Shown here piece after piece: positions 9,014-19,604 of a DNA stretch of 64,000 bases. The stretch's first letter is position 1, and the number at the start of each line of letters is the position of its first letter. The notes under the pieces are model-generated. The model was given only the letters and a program-made list of their open reading frames with translations, searched no databases and was not told the DNA's origin. Origin of the DNA: a virus; the IMG/VR virus record IMGVR_UViG_3300025133_000030, positions 1-64,000 of that record; one strand, written 5' to 3'. Position numbers and translations under genes: made by a program.

Positions 9014-11950
9014 ATGACAAACCCGGTCACCAACAAAGAAATTCTCGAAGCTGCCATGAGAGACGCGAAGGCTGGCAAGGACCGGTTGACACGCGCTCAA
9101 GTCGCTGAAAGCAAATTCACATTGGATCTTACAGCTGAAGCAACAAAAGCAAAATCAGTCAGGGACCTCTCTGGTATTAAAGATACCTTCAAAAGAAAAG
9201 AAGCAATACAAGCAGAACGGACAAGACTGTTAGAAACCGAGCCATGGAAGTCCGAAAACGCGGAGATACAGGCCGAACTCACCGCGGCCAAAGCTGCTCA
9301 CAAGCCAATGGATAGCGAGGTTGCAAAGAAGCTAGCAAGGCAGAAATCAGAACAATCAGGCGTCGCACCACCAGAACCAGACAAGCTTTTAAGTGAAAAG
9401 AAGCTTTTTCAAGAGCAGTGCTTTTTGATAAACAATGCCGAACCCATAGCAGCATACCATAACATGAGAATGAGAAATGACACCGCGGAACAGCATCACA
9501 CCGCGGTGATGGCCAAAAACCCGTACGAAATATTGGGTGTCTGGGATCGTGTCGAGAATGTTCATCTATTATCAAAATTAACACCAGCACAAAAAGCTGT
9601 TTTGGTGCCAAAAATAAAGGTTTACAAAGTCTTCTTTAATGTGGGACCGGCTCAAGGTGCCGGAACCCGACTGCAACACGCCCGCGGTAGAGCAATCAGA
9701 GAGATTCCGATAGTGTTCGACGATCACACTAAGGATTCTGATATAAAAAGAATAACTGAATCACACAAAGGTAGGATGAGTGGCATTGGTATAACCTATT
9801 TCAGGCTAAAAGAAAGGGCATTAAATGAAGCAGAAATAGACAAGAACATGAAATGCAAGATTGGAATAAGAGCCCAAAGTATGGACGAATTCTTACCATC
9901 AACCCCCGCCGATAAAAAGGCTCTCGGCTCTAGAGCAAAGTTTGCAGATTTTTGGTACAAAAACCCAGATTCCCAAATAAAGGTAGCGTTGGGGTGGCAA
10001 ATACCAGCATCTGTTCCGGAAGATTTAATAAGCAAAGAGTTGAGAAATGCAATTCTTTCGTGCACTAGGGTTATATATCTTAACTTGGAGACTTATGATC
10101 TCACATTTAATGAAGATGGTACTGTCTTATTTGAAGGGTCATACAGGTCAAACTCTGAAGCCTTTTTGGATGACCCGGGTTTCAATGTATTTTATTTAGA
10201 TCCCTATACCTATTCTGATGGTTCGTGCAAGGACTCCAGAGATATTGCAACTCAGATAGATGGATATGAAACGAGAATCGAGATCCTTAGAAAAACAATA
10301 AGTCTTAGGGCCGCGGCCCAAAAAAGCCTCGGCAACAGTGACGCCGTATTCAATACTGGCATTAGTTTGGAGGGCGGCGAAGATCCGACAGAGAAGATCA
10401 CCGATGACGCCGACCGGGCCAAACTCAAAGATATCGGATTCAGCGAGAAGGCGTTAAACATGATGACCTATCTCGACCTAAGGAGGATACAGAGTAAAGA
10501 AAATCTTGAGAAAATAGAAGAAGAACTCTCAAGCCTAGTGGCTGAAAAGAACTTATTTGTGAATCAGTATAAATACCATAGATGGTCACACCTATTAACC
10601 TACCTTCGAAAAGAGAGCAAGGTCTATACTGTCGGCGCAGACATAAACACGAGCGCCAAAGCAGGAAAGACGGAGCCTCATTTTAAGTTGGTTATGGGCC
10701 GCGGCACGCCTTCGCCTGCAGGCGCCCGGGCAAGTCAATCTTTTGACTCTCTCAAGGAGAGCATAAGAAAATACATAACAGAGAAAGAACAAGATAATTT
10801 TCAAGCAGCGCTGGAAGGCATCGTGGTTAACAACACCAGATATACTAGAAGCGACCCCAAGTGGGCAGCCCCCCACAAGACGATAGCATTTATTTATTTC
10901 GGCGATCTGGTCGATGCTGCAGTAAAAACGGTAAAACAAAACCCTAAATACAATGAGACTAGAACAGAGGTAGATATAGTTTTGGGCCCCGCTATTGTAT
11001 ATGATGAGCGAGGACAAAGAACAATAGTCAACCTGTCGGATATACCAATATCTCTAACGTTATTTCAGAGTTTTATGTTAAAAAGGTATATTTCTCTAGA
11101 CAGAGGTATTGATGAGAACGTCACCTTGCATCAATTCATATCAGATTGCATGCAGTATTTGTTAAGGGACTCTATCGAAGGGTGTATAAGTTCTCTTCAG
11201 TCGGCTATGAATCGAAAACAATACTTGGCTTTCGGCAATACTATGATCAGGGGATATGAGACAGGCAGAAAGACACTAATAACAAAAGAGGCACTAGCTT
11301 TGCCACATGGTTATTTAAACTTTGACCATCCAGATTTGTATTTTGGTGACACGCCGATTAAAGATCATATCCGAAAATCGTTTGCAGGAAACAAGACGCC
11401 CTTGGAAGAAGTTCCGATATCCAGCGTCAGGTTTCATATGCTCTATCACATGGTTGATGCAATTTTTGCAGGAAGCTCAAAAGAACAAGTATCTCAAGAC
11501 AAAGCTCTTGGGGTATATAGGTTCTTGTTGGGTTCTGACAAAGGGTTGATGAAGAAGGTGACATTTACTCCAACCGACATACAGTATCAAGCAGAGAGTA
11601 ACCAACTTGAAAAGAATGTAAGCGCTAACAAGAGATATAAAAGGCTATACCGGGCAAATATATCATCAATAGGGAACACCATCTTTAGGCCTTCTTCTAA
11701 GGTGTTCATAGATCCAAGTTTTGTGGGGTCTAGTCGGAATGCGAGTGGCGATTTTGGCCTTGATGGGTATTACTTCATAGAAGAAGTAGATCACATATAC
11801 GGAAGAGACACGTATGAGACCAACATACATTGCAATTGGTCAGCGCCAAGTAGGCCACCGTCTAGAGATAGAAAAAACCCAATAATTTCAAAACCAGTCT
11901 TTCCGTCTTTTTATGAGTGCAACGGTTCGACCAACGCTCGCGAATGTTAG
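9014..11950 (+). CDS. Large baseplate hub-like protein (gp27 / late-control-D-like)
   Basis: 978 aa after the LysM gene. The C-terminal IGNTIFRP..KVFIDP...GLDGYYFIEEVDH resembles hub-protein C-termini. Confidence 0.55.
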   Translation: MTNPVTNKEILEAAMRDAKAGKDRLTRAQVAESKFTLDLTAEATKAKSVRDLSGIKDTFKRKEAIQAERTRLLETEPWKSENAEIQAELTAAKAAHKPMDSEVAKKLARQKSEQSGVAPPEPDKLLSEKKLFQEQCFLINNAEPIAAYHNMRMRNDTAEQHHTAVMAKNPYEILGVWDRVENVHLLSKLTPAQKAVLVPKIKVYKVFFNVGPAQGAGTRLQHARGRAIREIPIVFDDHTKDSDIKRITESHKGRMSGIGITYFRLKERALNEAEIDKNMKCKIGIRAQSMDEFLPSTPADKKALGSRAKFADFWYKNPDSQIKVALGWQIPASVPEDLISKELRNAILSCTRVIYLNLETYDLTFNEDGTVLFEGSYRSNSEAFLDDPGFNVFYLDPYTYSDGSCKDSRDIATQIDGYETRIEILRKTISLRAAAQKSLGNSDAVFNTGISLEGGEDPTEKITDDADRAKLKDIGFSEKALNMMTYLDLRRIQSKENLEKIEEELSSLVAEKNLFVNQYKYHRWSHLLTYLRKESKVYTVGADINTSAKAGKTEPHFKLVMGRGTPSPAGARASQSFDSLKESIRKYITEKEQDNFQAALEGIVVNNTRYTRSDPKWAAPHKTIAFIYFGDLVDAAVKTVKQNPKYNETRTEVDIVLGPAIVYDERGQRTIVNLSDIPISLTLFQSFMLKRYISLDRGIDENVTLHQFISDCMQYLLRDSIEGCISSLQSAMNRKQYLAFGNTMIRGYETGRKTLITKEALALPHGYLNFDHPDLYFGDTPIKDHIRKSFAGNKTPLEEVPISSVRFHMLYHMVDAIFAGSSKEQVSQDKALGVYRFLLGSDKGLMKKVTFTPTDIQYQAESNQLEKNVSANKRYKRLYRANISSIGNTIFRPSSKVFIDPSFVGSSRNASGDFGLDGYYFIEEVDHIYGRDTYETNIHCNWSAPSRPPSRDRKNPIISKPVFPSFYECNGSTNAREC

Positions 11951-11981
11951 AGTATAGTATATCGAACCGTAGAAGGAAAAA

Positions 11982-13097
11982 GTGAAAATGCCTTTAAAAA
12001 GGAGATTTACAGCAAAGAATGGAGACAGAATTAAAGATCTCCACAAAGGAAGACACCTTTATAGGGCACTCTCTATGCAGGGCATCCCGCCGGATAGGTA
12101 TATTGACCTTTGGGGCCACAAGAGACTGTACGGGAAGATAGATTCAGACAGAAATCCCGTTTCTCTGGCTACAGCAGACGTTTTAGGTACGGTTAGGCAA
12201 GATGAGGAGAACTTTGTACAAGCAGTTGATTTTGTCGCAGATGCTTTTTCTGACCTCAAGGCAGCCTATGAGGAAAAGTCATTAAAGACCGGAGAACTTG
12301 CCTATCTTGAGCCCGTTGTGGGTTACGATAACCCAAGCATAAAATACGATAGCTATATAAGTGCGCTCTTAGACGTTTTTATAACATCTTTGTATTCATC
12401 GGCCGAAGATTCGAAAGTGCATAACTTTGATGATTTTCTAGTGTCGTTTATGGGGTATGTTTCGAAGATAGCGCCAATAACCCCAATATCCAAGGCCCAA
12501 TTTTTAAAATCGTCACACTGTTCTGTCATGACAACAGGCCTTGCGATAGAGTTGTCGACCCTCCCACACGATTCGGACAATGCAAAGGCAGAGAAGTTTC
12601 TGTATGACTCTAATTTCAATCTCTATTCTTCAGCCCTTAAGCAGTTTGGGTTTATTTTCGATAAGAATGCCCCTTGGAGAATCGTTGCGGATATAAGTTC
12701 ATCGAAAATGCAAGAATACATGGAGTTCTATGGCTTGGTATATCGGCCCGGAACAAGCTCAGATTTATTTTCTAAATATTATTTTAAAGCTGGCAACCAA
12801 GATCCTTTCCTTCTCCGGGAGAATCTCTTCTCTGCTTACCGTAGAGTGTTGGCCGAAAAGCCACAATATAAAAAGAATCTATACTGCAAAAACACCATCC
12901 AGAGAGAATCTCTGCTTACGTCCAACTATAATGATATATATTGGATGTATAAATACATTCAAATACGAATGATAGAAACTAACAAAACTATAAGCGAAGC
13001 CAGAATTAAGACGATTTTAAAAAAAGCAGAACAAAAGTATTTTTATATTGACTTAGAAACAGCTTTGGGGTATATTAGTAATCAGTTTCCGAAGTAG
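11982..13097 (+). CDS. Hypothetical protein (371 aa)
   Basis: Long ORF at the end of the tail module; no motif recognised. Confidence 0.7.
   Translation: MKMPLKRRFTAKNGDRIKDLHKGRHLYRALSMQGIPPDRYIDLWGHKRLYGKIDSDRNPVSLATADVLGTVRQDEENFVQAVDFVADAFSDLKAAYEEKSLKTGELAYLEPVVGYDNPSIKYDSYISALLDVFITSLYSSAEDSKVHNFDDFLVSFMGYVSKIAPITPISKAQFLKSSHCSVMTTGLAIELSTLPHDSDNAKAEKFLYDSNFNLYSSALKQFGFIFDKNAPWRIVADISSSKMQEYMEFYGLVYRPGTSSDLFSKYYFKAGNQDPFLLRENLFSAYRRVLAEKPQYKKNLYCKNTIQRESLLTSNYNDIYWMYKYIQIRMIETNKTISEARIKTILKKAEQKYFYIDLETALGYISNQFPK
13048..13076 (+). promoter_or_regulatory. Sigma70-type promoter TTGACT-17-TATATT
   Basis: Consensus spacing, immediately upstream of the replication module. Confidence 0.55.
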
Positions 13098-13100
13098 AGT

Positions 13101-14297
13101 ATGATATTTCAAATTATTGACGAAAAAAGCACCTGCCCCAGCGTGTATTCTGGTGGCGAGCTTTTATTAAAAGAACAATTCAACGAAAATATGACAAGCA
13201 CATGGAAGTATAGCCCCTTCTTAGAAGGCGGACAATACGACTGTGCCAGTCTGTATTGTAACGGGGAAAATCTTGATCAGGTGTGCCCACCGGGATTAAG
13301 AGAATCTTGGTCTCAAGCATCTGGGAAGATGGCAGCTTTTCTAAGAGCGTTCAACACGGTAGGTGTGGAATTATCTGAAGCCTGTCTTGTAGATCTTGTT
13401 CCGGATAAGGTTATAAAAAATTACTGCCTTGAGAAGGAGAGAATTATAGAGCATGTTCTTGATAGCCACAAAAAGCCCGAAAATTATGAATTTTTGTATA
13501 ACTCTAGTCAAATTATAGAGGACGTGAAAAGAAGAGAGCTAAAAATAGACCTAGCCGAACTGAACAACACGAGCGCTTCTCCCCGGGCTTTAGCTTTTCG
13601 TAAGAAAATCAATCAATCATCTAGAAAAATCGACTACAACTTGTTTGGATCGAGGACAGGTAGGCTCTCAACGAACAAGGGCTCGTTCCCTATTATGACA
13701 CTAGACAAGGAATTCAGAAAAATAATTAAACCTACTAACGATTTATTTATAGAGTTGGACTTTAATGGCGCAGAGATCAGAACACTCCTTGCTCTCTCTG
13801 GTCAAGGCCAGCCTGACCTAGACATTCATGTTTGGAATTTGGAAAATGCATCGACCGATCTTTCGACGCGTCAAGAGATGAAGGAGAGGTTTTTTGCTTG
13901 GTTATATAATCCGACAGCAAAAGATCAACTTTTGGAAAAGTTCTACAATAGAGACAGAGTAAAGGATGAGTTCTGGGACAAAGAAACTTCTACTATTTCT
14001 ACTATTTTTGGTAGAAAGATCAAGGTAGATGACCGGAGAGCGTTAAACTACATTATACAGTCAACAACAAGTGATATATTGCTTGAACAGGCTTCGCAAA
14101 TAAGGGACATGCTCAAAGGCACAAGCAGCGAGATAGCGTTTTTGATGCACGACTCTATAATTTTAGATTTTTGCTCTGGGGATTCCGGGGTTTTGAAAAA
14201 GATAGTAAATGCTTTCTCAACAACGCGACTGGGAAGATATAAAGCAAACGTTAAGTTAGGTAAAAACTATAAAGACATGAAGGATCTGGAGTTATAA
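13101..14297 (+). CDS. Family A DNA polymerase-like protein (short, polymerase domain only)
   Basis: Motifs RTGRLS, motif A ELDFNGAEIR, motif B-like RQEMKERFFAWLY, ALNYIIQST and motif C LMHDS. Confidence 0.75.
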   Translation: MIFQIIDEKSTCPSVYSGGELLLKEQFNENMTSTWKYSPFLEGGQYDCASLYCNGENLDQVCPPGLRESWSQASGKMAAFLRAFNTVGVELSEACLVDLVPDKVIKNYCLEKERIIEHVLDSHKKPENYEFLYNSSQIIEDVKRRELKIDLAELNNTSASPRALAFRKKINQSSRKIDYNLFGSRTGRLSTNKGSFPIMTLDKEFRKIIKPTNDLFIELDFNGAEIRTLLALSGQGQPDLDIHVWNLENASTDLSTRQEMKERFFAWLYNPTAKDQLLEKFYNRDRVKDEFWDKETSTISTIFGRKIKVDDRRALNYIIQSTTSDILLEQASQIRDMLKGTSSEIAFLMHDSIILDFCSGDSGVLKKIVNAFSTTRLGRYKANVKLGKNYKDMKDLEL

Positions 14298-14299
14298 CT

Positions 14300-15136
14300 T
14301 TGAAAAACATAATAGGAATAGGAACGGTGGGGTGCTCAGTAGCAAAGGCCTTCTCGGCATATCCGCAGTATAAAATTTACACAATAGACAATGATGGCGA
14401 ACCAGAGAAAGGCTTTTATAAATTGCCTAAACTCAAAACACCAGAGGAGTATGAAAACACGCCAATAAAGCTTGGTAGCTTTTTCAAGGGACTAAAAGGC
14501 GAGTCTTTGGTGGTCTTATCTGGTGCCAGTATTGTCTCCGGTGCAGCCTTGGTTATAATGGAGCAAGTCGCAAGAAAAACTCCTATAAAGGTTTTGTATA
14601 TACAGCCGGAAATGGAGCTTTTGGGAGAAATAAAAACAAAACAAGAAAGAGTGGTGTATAACGTCTTACAACAATATGCACGATCAGCATTGCTTGAAAG
14701 GATGTACCTAGTTTCGAATCCGAGTATTGAATTTGCTGCAGAATCAGCTGGAATATATGATTATCACAGGTTTCTCAATGATTTCATCGCCTCGACAATT
14801 AATATGATTAATATCTTCGACAGGCAACAACCAATATCCTCCACAATGTCACCGCCAGCTAGTGTATCGAGGATTTGTACCCTTAGTGTGGTGTCTCCAG
14901 AAGATAATGAAGAAAAAGTGTTTTTTCCTCTTGACAACACCAGAGAGATACGGTACTATTATTGTATACCTGAGGAAAAACTAAGGACTGATCCTCGATT
15001 ATACAGAAAAGTGGTTGAAGCAGTTAAGCAAAAAATGACAGATTCCACAAAAGTTAGTTATGGTATTTATTCTACCAATTATGAATTTGATTTAATATAC
15101 GGAATCCATTACTCTTCTCGAATCCAATCATCTTAA
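14300..15136 (+). CDS. Divergent tubulin/FtsZ-like protein
   Basis: N-terminal NIIGIGTVGCSVAKAF matches the tubulin/FtsZ T1 loop. The GGGTGSG signature is degenerate (SGASIVSG). Confidence 0.5.
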   Translation: MKNIIGIGTVGCSVAKAFSAYPQYKIYTIDNDGEPEKGFYKLPKLKTPEEYENTPIKLGSFFKGLKGESLVVLSGASIVSGAALVIMEQVARKTPIKVLYIQPEMELLGEIKTKQERVVYNVLQQYARSALLERMYLVSNPSIEFAAESAGIYDYHRFLNDFIASTINMINIFDRQQPISSTMSPPASVSRICTLSVVSPEDNEEKVFFPLDNTREIRYYYCIPEEKLRTDPRLYRKVVEAVKQKMTDSTKVSYGIYSTNYEFDLIYGIHYSSRIQSS

Positions 15137-15154
15137 AAAAACAAAAGAAAAGTC

Positions 15155-15183
15155 TTTACAAACACATGTTAATGTGTGATAAT
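15155..15183 (+). promoter_or_regulatory. Sigma70-type promoter TTTACA-17-GATAAT for the SSB/RecA operon
   Basis: Intergenic, with an A-rich UP-like tract upstream and a hairpin immediately downstream (15192-15215). Confidence 0.55.
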
Positions 15184-15252
15184 AAATTTAGCAAGTCGGG
15201 ATATTAGCCGACTTGACTTTAGCCAATGAGCACAAAAAACAAGGAGATTATC

Positions 15253-16020
15253 ATGGCACTTAATTTAGATCGCATGCGCGAAAAATTGAACTCTGTTACC
15301 GGCAAGGGTGGCAACAAGAATGAGTTCTGGAAGCCGAACGACGGCGAAAACAATATTAGAATTGTTCCGACTCCCGATGGAGATCCATTTAAGGAGAAGT
15401 TCTTTCACTATAACGTAACACAGGGTGGGTTCCTTTGCCCTAAGCGAAACTTCGGGGACAATTGCCCTGTCTGTAATTTTGCTAACAAGCTTTGGAATGA
15501 AGGTACAGAAGATAGTAAGAAGATGGCAAAAGACCTCTTCGCCAAACAACGCTTCTTTTCCCCTGTCCTCGTACGAGGCGAAGAGGATCAGGGAGTTCGA
15601 ATTTGGGGCTACGGAAAGATGGCATATGAAAAGTTGCTGACAATTGTTCTAGATCCGGATTACGGAGATATTACTGATCCTGACGACGGCAACGACCTTA
15701 AAATCATGTATGGCAAGCCAGCAGGCGCTAGTTTTCCTCGTACTGACATTCGACCACGACCTCGCAAGACGGTACTTTGTGACGATGCAGTGGGTGGCGA
15801 AGAGAGATGCGCTGAGTTACTTGAGACGGTGCCAGAGGTTGACAAACTGTTTGAGAGAAAGACCCCTGAAGAGGTAAAGACCATGCTCGACCAACATCTC
15901 GCAGATGGAACAGGCAACGACGAAGTCGAGCGCTACGGTGCAACCCGATCGGACACATCGACACCCGCCGGAACATCAGATGCGGTTGAAGCAGCATTTA
16001 ATGACCTGTTGAACAACTAA
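15253..16020 (+). CDS. Single-stranded DNA-binding protein (T4 gp32-like)
   Basis: FWKP..GENNIRIVP, H..C..CPVC zinc site, YGDITDP..GND and an acidic tail ending FNDLLNN. AAGGAG RBS at 15241 favours the start at 15253. Confidence 0.85.
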   Translation: MALNLDRMREKLNSVTGKGGNKNEFWKPNDGENNIRIVPTPDGDPFKEKFFHYNVTQGGFLCPKRNFGDNCPVCNFANKLWNEGTEDSKKMAKDLFAKQRFFSPVLVRGEEDQGVRIWGYGKMAYEKLLTIVLDPDYGDITDPDDGNDLKIMYGKPAGASFPRTDIRPRPRKTVLCDDAVGGEERCAELLETVPEVDKLFERKTPEEVKTMLDQHLADGTGNDEVERYGATRSDTSTPAGTSDAVEAAFNDLLNN

Positions 16021-16030
16021 GGAGTGAATT

Positions 16031-17152
16031 ATGCCAAAGGTAAGTAGAATCAAAACGGGCAAAATCTCTATGGAAGAGATGCGCAGACTGATAAACAAGA
16101 AGGCAGGCCATGAGGTTGCGCATAGTTTGGCAAAAGATAATCCAACAGAGGTCAAGGAGTGGATTCCAACCGGCTCGCGCTGGTTGGATTCCATAATCTG
16201 TAAGGGAAGCCAAGCAGGCATTCCGGTAGGTAAAATCTCCGAAATAGCTGGACTCGAAGCAACTGGCAAGTCATACATGGCAACTCAGATTGCCGCAAAC
16301 GCTCAGAAGATGGGAATCGATGTCGTATACTTCGACTCGGAGTCAGCCATTGACCCGGGCTTTTTGCAAAGAGCAGGATGCAATTTGGATACTATGATGT
16401 ACGTCCAAGCAGAGAGTGTAGAGTTTGTACTTGAGACTATCGAAGAATTATTAGCCACAGATAATAAGTGGCTGTTCATTTGGGATTCTCTAGCTCTAAC
16501 TCCTGCAATCTCTGATATCGAGGGCGACTTTAATCCACAATCATCGATGGCAGTCAAGGCAAGAATCCTCGCAAAGGGCATGTCCAAGTTGACTGTTCCG
16601 ATTGCCAACAAGCAGGCTACCTTCTTAGTGCTTAATCAACTTAAGACTAATATCACCCGCTCTCCATCCGAGGCTATGACAACACCTTATGTCACCCCCG
16701 GCGGAAAGGCGATGCATTATGCCTATTCCTTGAGGGTGTGGCTTACCGGCCGCAAGGCGAAGGCTAGCTTCGTGGTTGATGAGAACGGTTTCCGAGTTGG
16801 TTCTGAGGTTAAAGCAAAATTAGAAAAATCTAGATTTGGTACTGCGGGTCGACATTGTAATTTTAAGATCTTGTGGGGCGACTCTGAGAATATTGGGGTT
16901 CAAGACGAGGAGAGTTGGTTCGACGCAATTCAAATATCTGACAGTATTAAGAATTCAGGAGCATGGTTCTCTCTAACTCTAGGGGATGGAACAGAAAAGA
17001 AATTTCAGCGTAAAAACTGGCTAACAATGTTGCAGGACGAGCAATTTAGAGGCAGAGTATTGCAGATCATCGATGAAGATGTTATAATGAAATTTGATAA
17101 CAGGACAGGCAAAGCTACAGATTACTATGATGAAGAAGAGAAGAATGAGTAA
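16031..17152 (+). CDS. recA: RecA/UvsX recombinase
   Basis: IPTGSRWLD, Walker A GLEATGKS, YFDSE, FIWDS, LNQL and TPGGKAMHYAYSLR. Confidence 0.93.
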   Translation: MPKVSRIKTGKISMEEMRRLINKKAGHEVAHSLAKDNPTEVKEWIPTGSRWLDSIICKGSQAGIPVGKISEIAGLEATGKSYMATQIAANAQKMGIDVVYFDSESAIDPGFLQRAGCNLDTMMYVQAESVEFVLETIEELLATDNKWLFIWDSLALTPAISDIEGDFNPQSSMAVKARILAKGMSKLTVPIANKQATFLVLNQLKTNITRSPSEAMTTPYVTPGGKAMHYAYSLRVWLTGRKAKASFVVDENGFRVGSEVKAKLEKSRFGTAGRHCNFKILWGDSENIGVQDEESWFDAIQISDSIKNSGAWFSLTLGDGTEKKFQRKNWLTMLQDEQFRGRVLQIIDEDVIMKFDNRTGKATDYYDEEEKNE

Positions 17153-18149
17153 CAAAAGACTAATGATTGTTGATGCCAACAACCAATTTTTGAGATCTTA
17201 TATTGTGGACCCCAGCATTTCAAGTCACGGTGAGCCTATTGGTGGCTCGAAGGGATTTCTGAAGATACTTAACAAGTTGACAAGAATTATTAACCCATAC
17301 ATGACAGTTGTTGTTTGGGACGGTCAAGGTGGGTCACAAAAAAGAAGAGCAGTCAACAAGAATTATAAGGCAGGTCGAAAGCCGGTAACCATCAACCCCA
17401 AGGTTAAGACGTATCGCCTGAATCGAGGCCACGGCTCAGAGATGACACCAGAACAGGAAGCTGAAAACCGAGCTTGGCAGCAATTCAGAGTTGTGGAGTA
17501 TATTAATCAGACCCCAATGGTCCAATTCATGGAGCCCAATGTCGAAGCGGACGATGTAATTTCTTATGTATCTCAGATGTCGTCTTTTAAAGATTGGCAA
17601 AAGGTCATAGTCTCTAGTGATAAAGACTTTATCCAACTGCTTGATTCCAACACTATATTGTATAGGCCAACTCAGAAGGAAGTTCTAAACAAGAATAAGA
17701 TTATTGAACGGTTTGGGATACACCCAAATAATTTTGCCATATCTAGGGCTATGGCAGGTGATGCGAGCGACAAACTCCCGGGTGTCCCCGGGGTAGGGTT
17801 AGCAACGGTAGCAAAGAGGTTCAAACAATTAATAAAGCCAGAAGAAGTACTTCTTGATGAACTAGAGGCGTATTGCAGGCAGGTAGATTCAGACGAATCT
17901 AACAATGTAGGAATCTATGCCAAGATTCTAGACCACTTTGACACGGTCAAGGAGAACTATAAAATCATGCAACTCTCCTCGCCGATGTTATCCATACAGG
18001 GGAAGACTAGAATCAATGAAACCTTCAGAGATTACCAGCCAGCCTTCAATAAAACTGGCCTCAGGACAGAGATGTTCAAAGATGGCACTGGTGAGATCTC
18101 CTTGAATGATATGTTTGAGAATTTTAATCGATTAATTTCTGCTTTTTAG
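17145..18149 (+). CDS. 5'-3' exonuclease / flap endonuclease (PolI N-terminal or T4 RNase H type)
   Basis: IVDANN, VVWDG, YKAGR, EADDVI, SSDKDFIQL and GDASDKLPGVPGVG helix-3-turn-helix motif. Confidence 0.92.
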   Translation: MSNKRLMIVDANNQFLRSYIVDPSISSHGEPIGGSKGFLKILNKLTRIINPYMTVVVWDGQGGSQKRRAVNKNYKAGRKPVTINPKVKTYRLNRGHGSEMTPEQEAENRAWQQFRVVEYINQTPMVQFMEPNVEADDVISYVSQMSSFKDWQKVIVSSDKDFIQLLDSNTILYRPTQKEVLNKNKIIERFGIHPNNFAISRAMAGDASDKLPGVPGVGLATVAKRFKQLIKPEEVLLDELEAYCRQVDSDESNNVGIYAKILDHFDTVKENYKIMQLSSPMLSIQGKTRINETFRDYQPAFNKTGLRTEMFKDGTGEISLNDMFENFNRLISAF

Positions 18150-18151
18150 TC

Positions 18152-18180
18152 TTGCCAAACCGATCCAACTGTGCTATTAT
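18152..18180 (+). promoter_or_regulatory. Sigma70-type promoter TTGCCA-17-TATTAT
   Basis: Intergenic, upstream of the helicase, with an extended -10 TG. Confidence 0.55.
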
Positions 18181-18215
18181 TATAAGAGATCAAAAAAGAA
18201 AAAAAGGTATAACCC

Positions 18216-19604
18216 ATGGGTCAACCCAGAGAAGACTTTTCTAAATTCGGAAAAGCTTTCCAAGAGGATTTGTGTAATCTAATTTTGGTGGATAGGCCCT
18301 TCGCGGACCAGATATTTGAAGTATTAGATGTTAATTTTCTGGAACTTAAATATTTGAGAGCATTTGTTGAGAGGATTTCCTCCTATAGACAGAAGTACAG
18401 CATACACCCCACAGAAAAAATCATGCGGTCCTTGATTCGTACCGAGTTGGATGACGAGTCCGAGTCCATCAAAATAAGGATAAGAGACTACTATGCCAGA
18501 GTGTTGTCAACGGGAATTCAGCCCGAAGGTGCAGACTATATTAAGGATGTCGCCCTTGATTTTTGCAAAAAACAAAAACTCAAAGAAGCGCTTATCAAAT
18601 CAGTTGATTTAATTAAGAAATCATCATTTGATGAGGTAGCGAACGTGATAAACGAAGCAATCAAACTTGGAAGTGATAATAATTTTGGTTACGACTACCT
18701 CAAAGACTTCGAGAGAAGGTTTGAAAAGAAGGAGCGCGGTCCCGTTACTACTGGGTGGCCACTAGTAGACGAAATTTCAAAGGGGGGCTTGGGCAAGGGC
18801 GAGCTAGGGGTTGTTATCGCGCCAACCGGAGCAGGCAAATCGATGGTTTTGGTGCATCTGGGTGCACAGGCTCTAAAAGAGGGCAAGAATGTTATCCATT
18901 ACACTCTAGAACTTGCCGATACGGTTGTAGCATCTAGATATGATAGTGCCATCACTGGTGTAGAATTGAAAAATCTATCCGTCTTTAAAGAGAAGGTGTA
19001 TGAAGAAATCAAAGATGTCCCCGGTAGGCTAATTGTAAAGGAATATCCAACCAGATCCGCATCTATACAAACTATCAAAAGTCACATAGAAAAGATGAAA
19101 AGTCACGAATTCACACCAGATATGATAATAGTGGATTACGGGGATCTAATAAAGCCAGCAAATGCTGGAAAAGAAGAGAAAAGACACCAGCTAGAAACTA
19201 TTTACGAAGAGCTTAGGGGGATGGCGCAGATTTGCGAGTGCCCTCTTTGGACTGCATCGCAAACTAATCGATCGGGGTTGAATGCTGAAGTTATAACAAT
19301 GGAATCAATCTCGGAAGCCTTTAATAAATGCTTCGTCGCAGACTTTATCTTCTCGGTTTCAAGAACTATCAAAGATAAGGGAACAAACGGCGGAAGGATA
19401 TTTATAGCAAAAAACAGAAATGGTCCGGACGGTATAGTTTACCCAATTTTCATGGATACCAGCTGTGTTAGCATTAAAGCGCTTCCGCCAACAGGGGAGA
19501 CGCCAGAGGATATAGTGCAAAATGCGTCAAAACAACAATTTGAAAGTTTAAAAGAGAAATACAGAAATTATAAGAAGGAGAATGGGAATGGAGCTATCAA
19601 ATAA
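18216..19604 (+). CDS. Replicative DnaB-like helicase (T4 gp41-like)
   Basis: Walker A APTGAGKS, YTLEL, IIVDYGDL, WTASQTNR and KNRNG. Confidence 0.93.
   Translation: MGQPREDFSKFGKAFQEDLCNLILVDRPFADQIFEVLDVNFLELKYLRAFVERISSYRQKYSIHPTEKIMRSLIRTELDDESESIKIRIRDYYARVLSTGIQPEGADYIKDVALDFCKKQKLKEALIKSVDLIKKSSFDEVANVINEAIKLGSDNNFGYDYLKDFERRFEKKERGPVTTGWPLVDEISKGGLGKGELGVVIAPTGAGKSMVLVHLGAQALKEGKNVIHYTLELADTVVASRYDSAITGVELKNLSVFKEKVYEEIKDVPGRLIVKEYPTRSASIQTIKSHIEKMKSHEFTPDMIIVDYGDLIKPANAGKEEKRHQLETIYEELRGMAQICECPLWTASQTNRSGLNAEVITMESISEAFNKCFVADFIFSVSRTIKDKGTNGGRIFIAKNRNGPDGIVYPIFMDTSCVSIKALPPTGETPEDIVQNASKQQFESLKEKYRNYKKENGNGAIK

Noticed and set aside
1-13097. Bacterial extracellular contractile injection system or prophage in a cellular chromosome
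   Set aside because: The tail genes are contiguous with phage-type replication genes (gp32, UvsX, gp41-like) and dense small hypothetical genes. There are no cellular housekeeping operons, rRNA or integrase.
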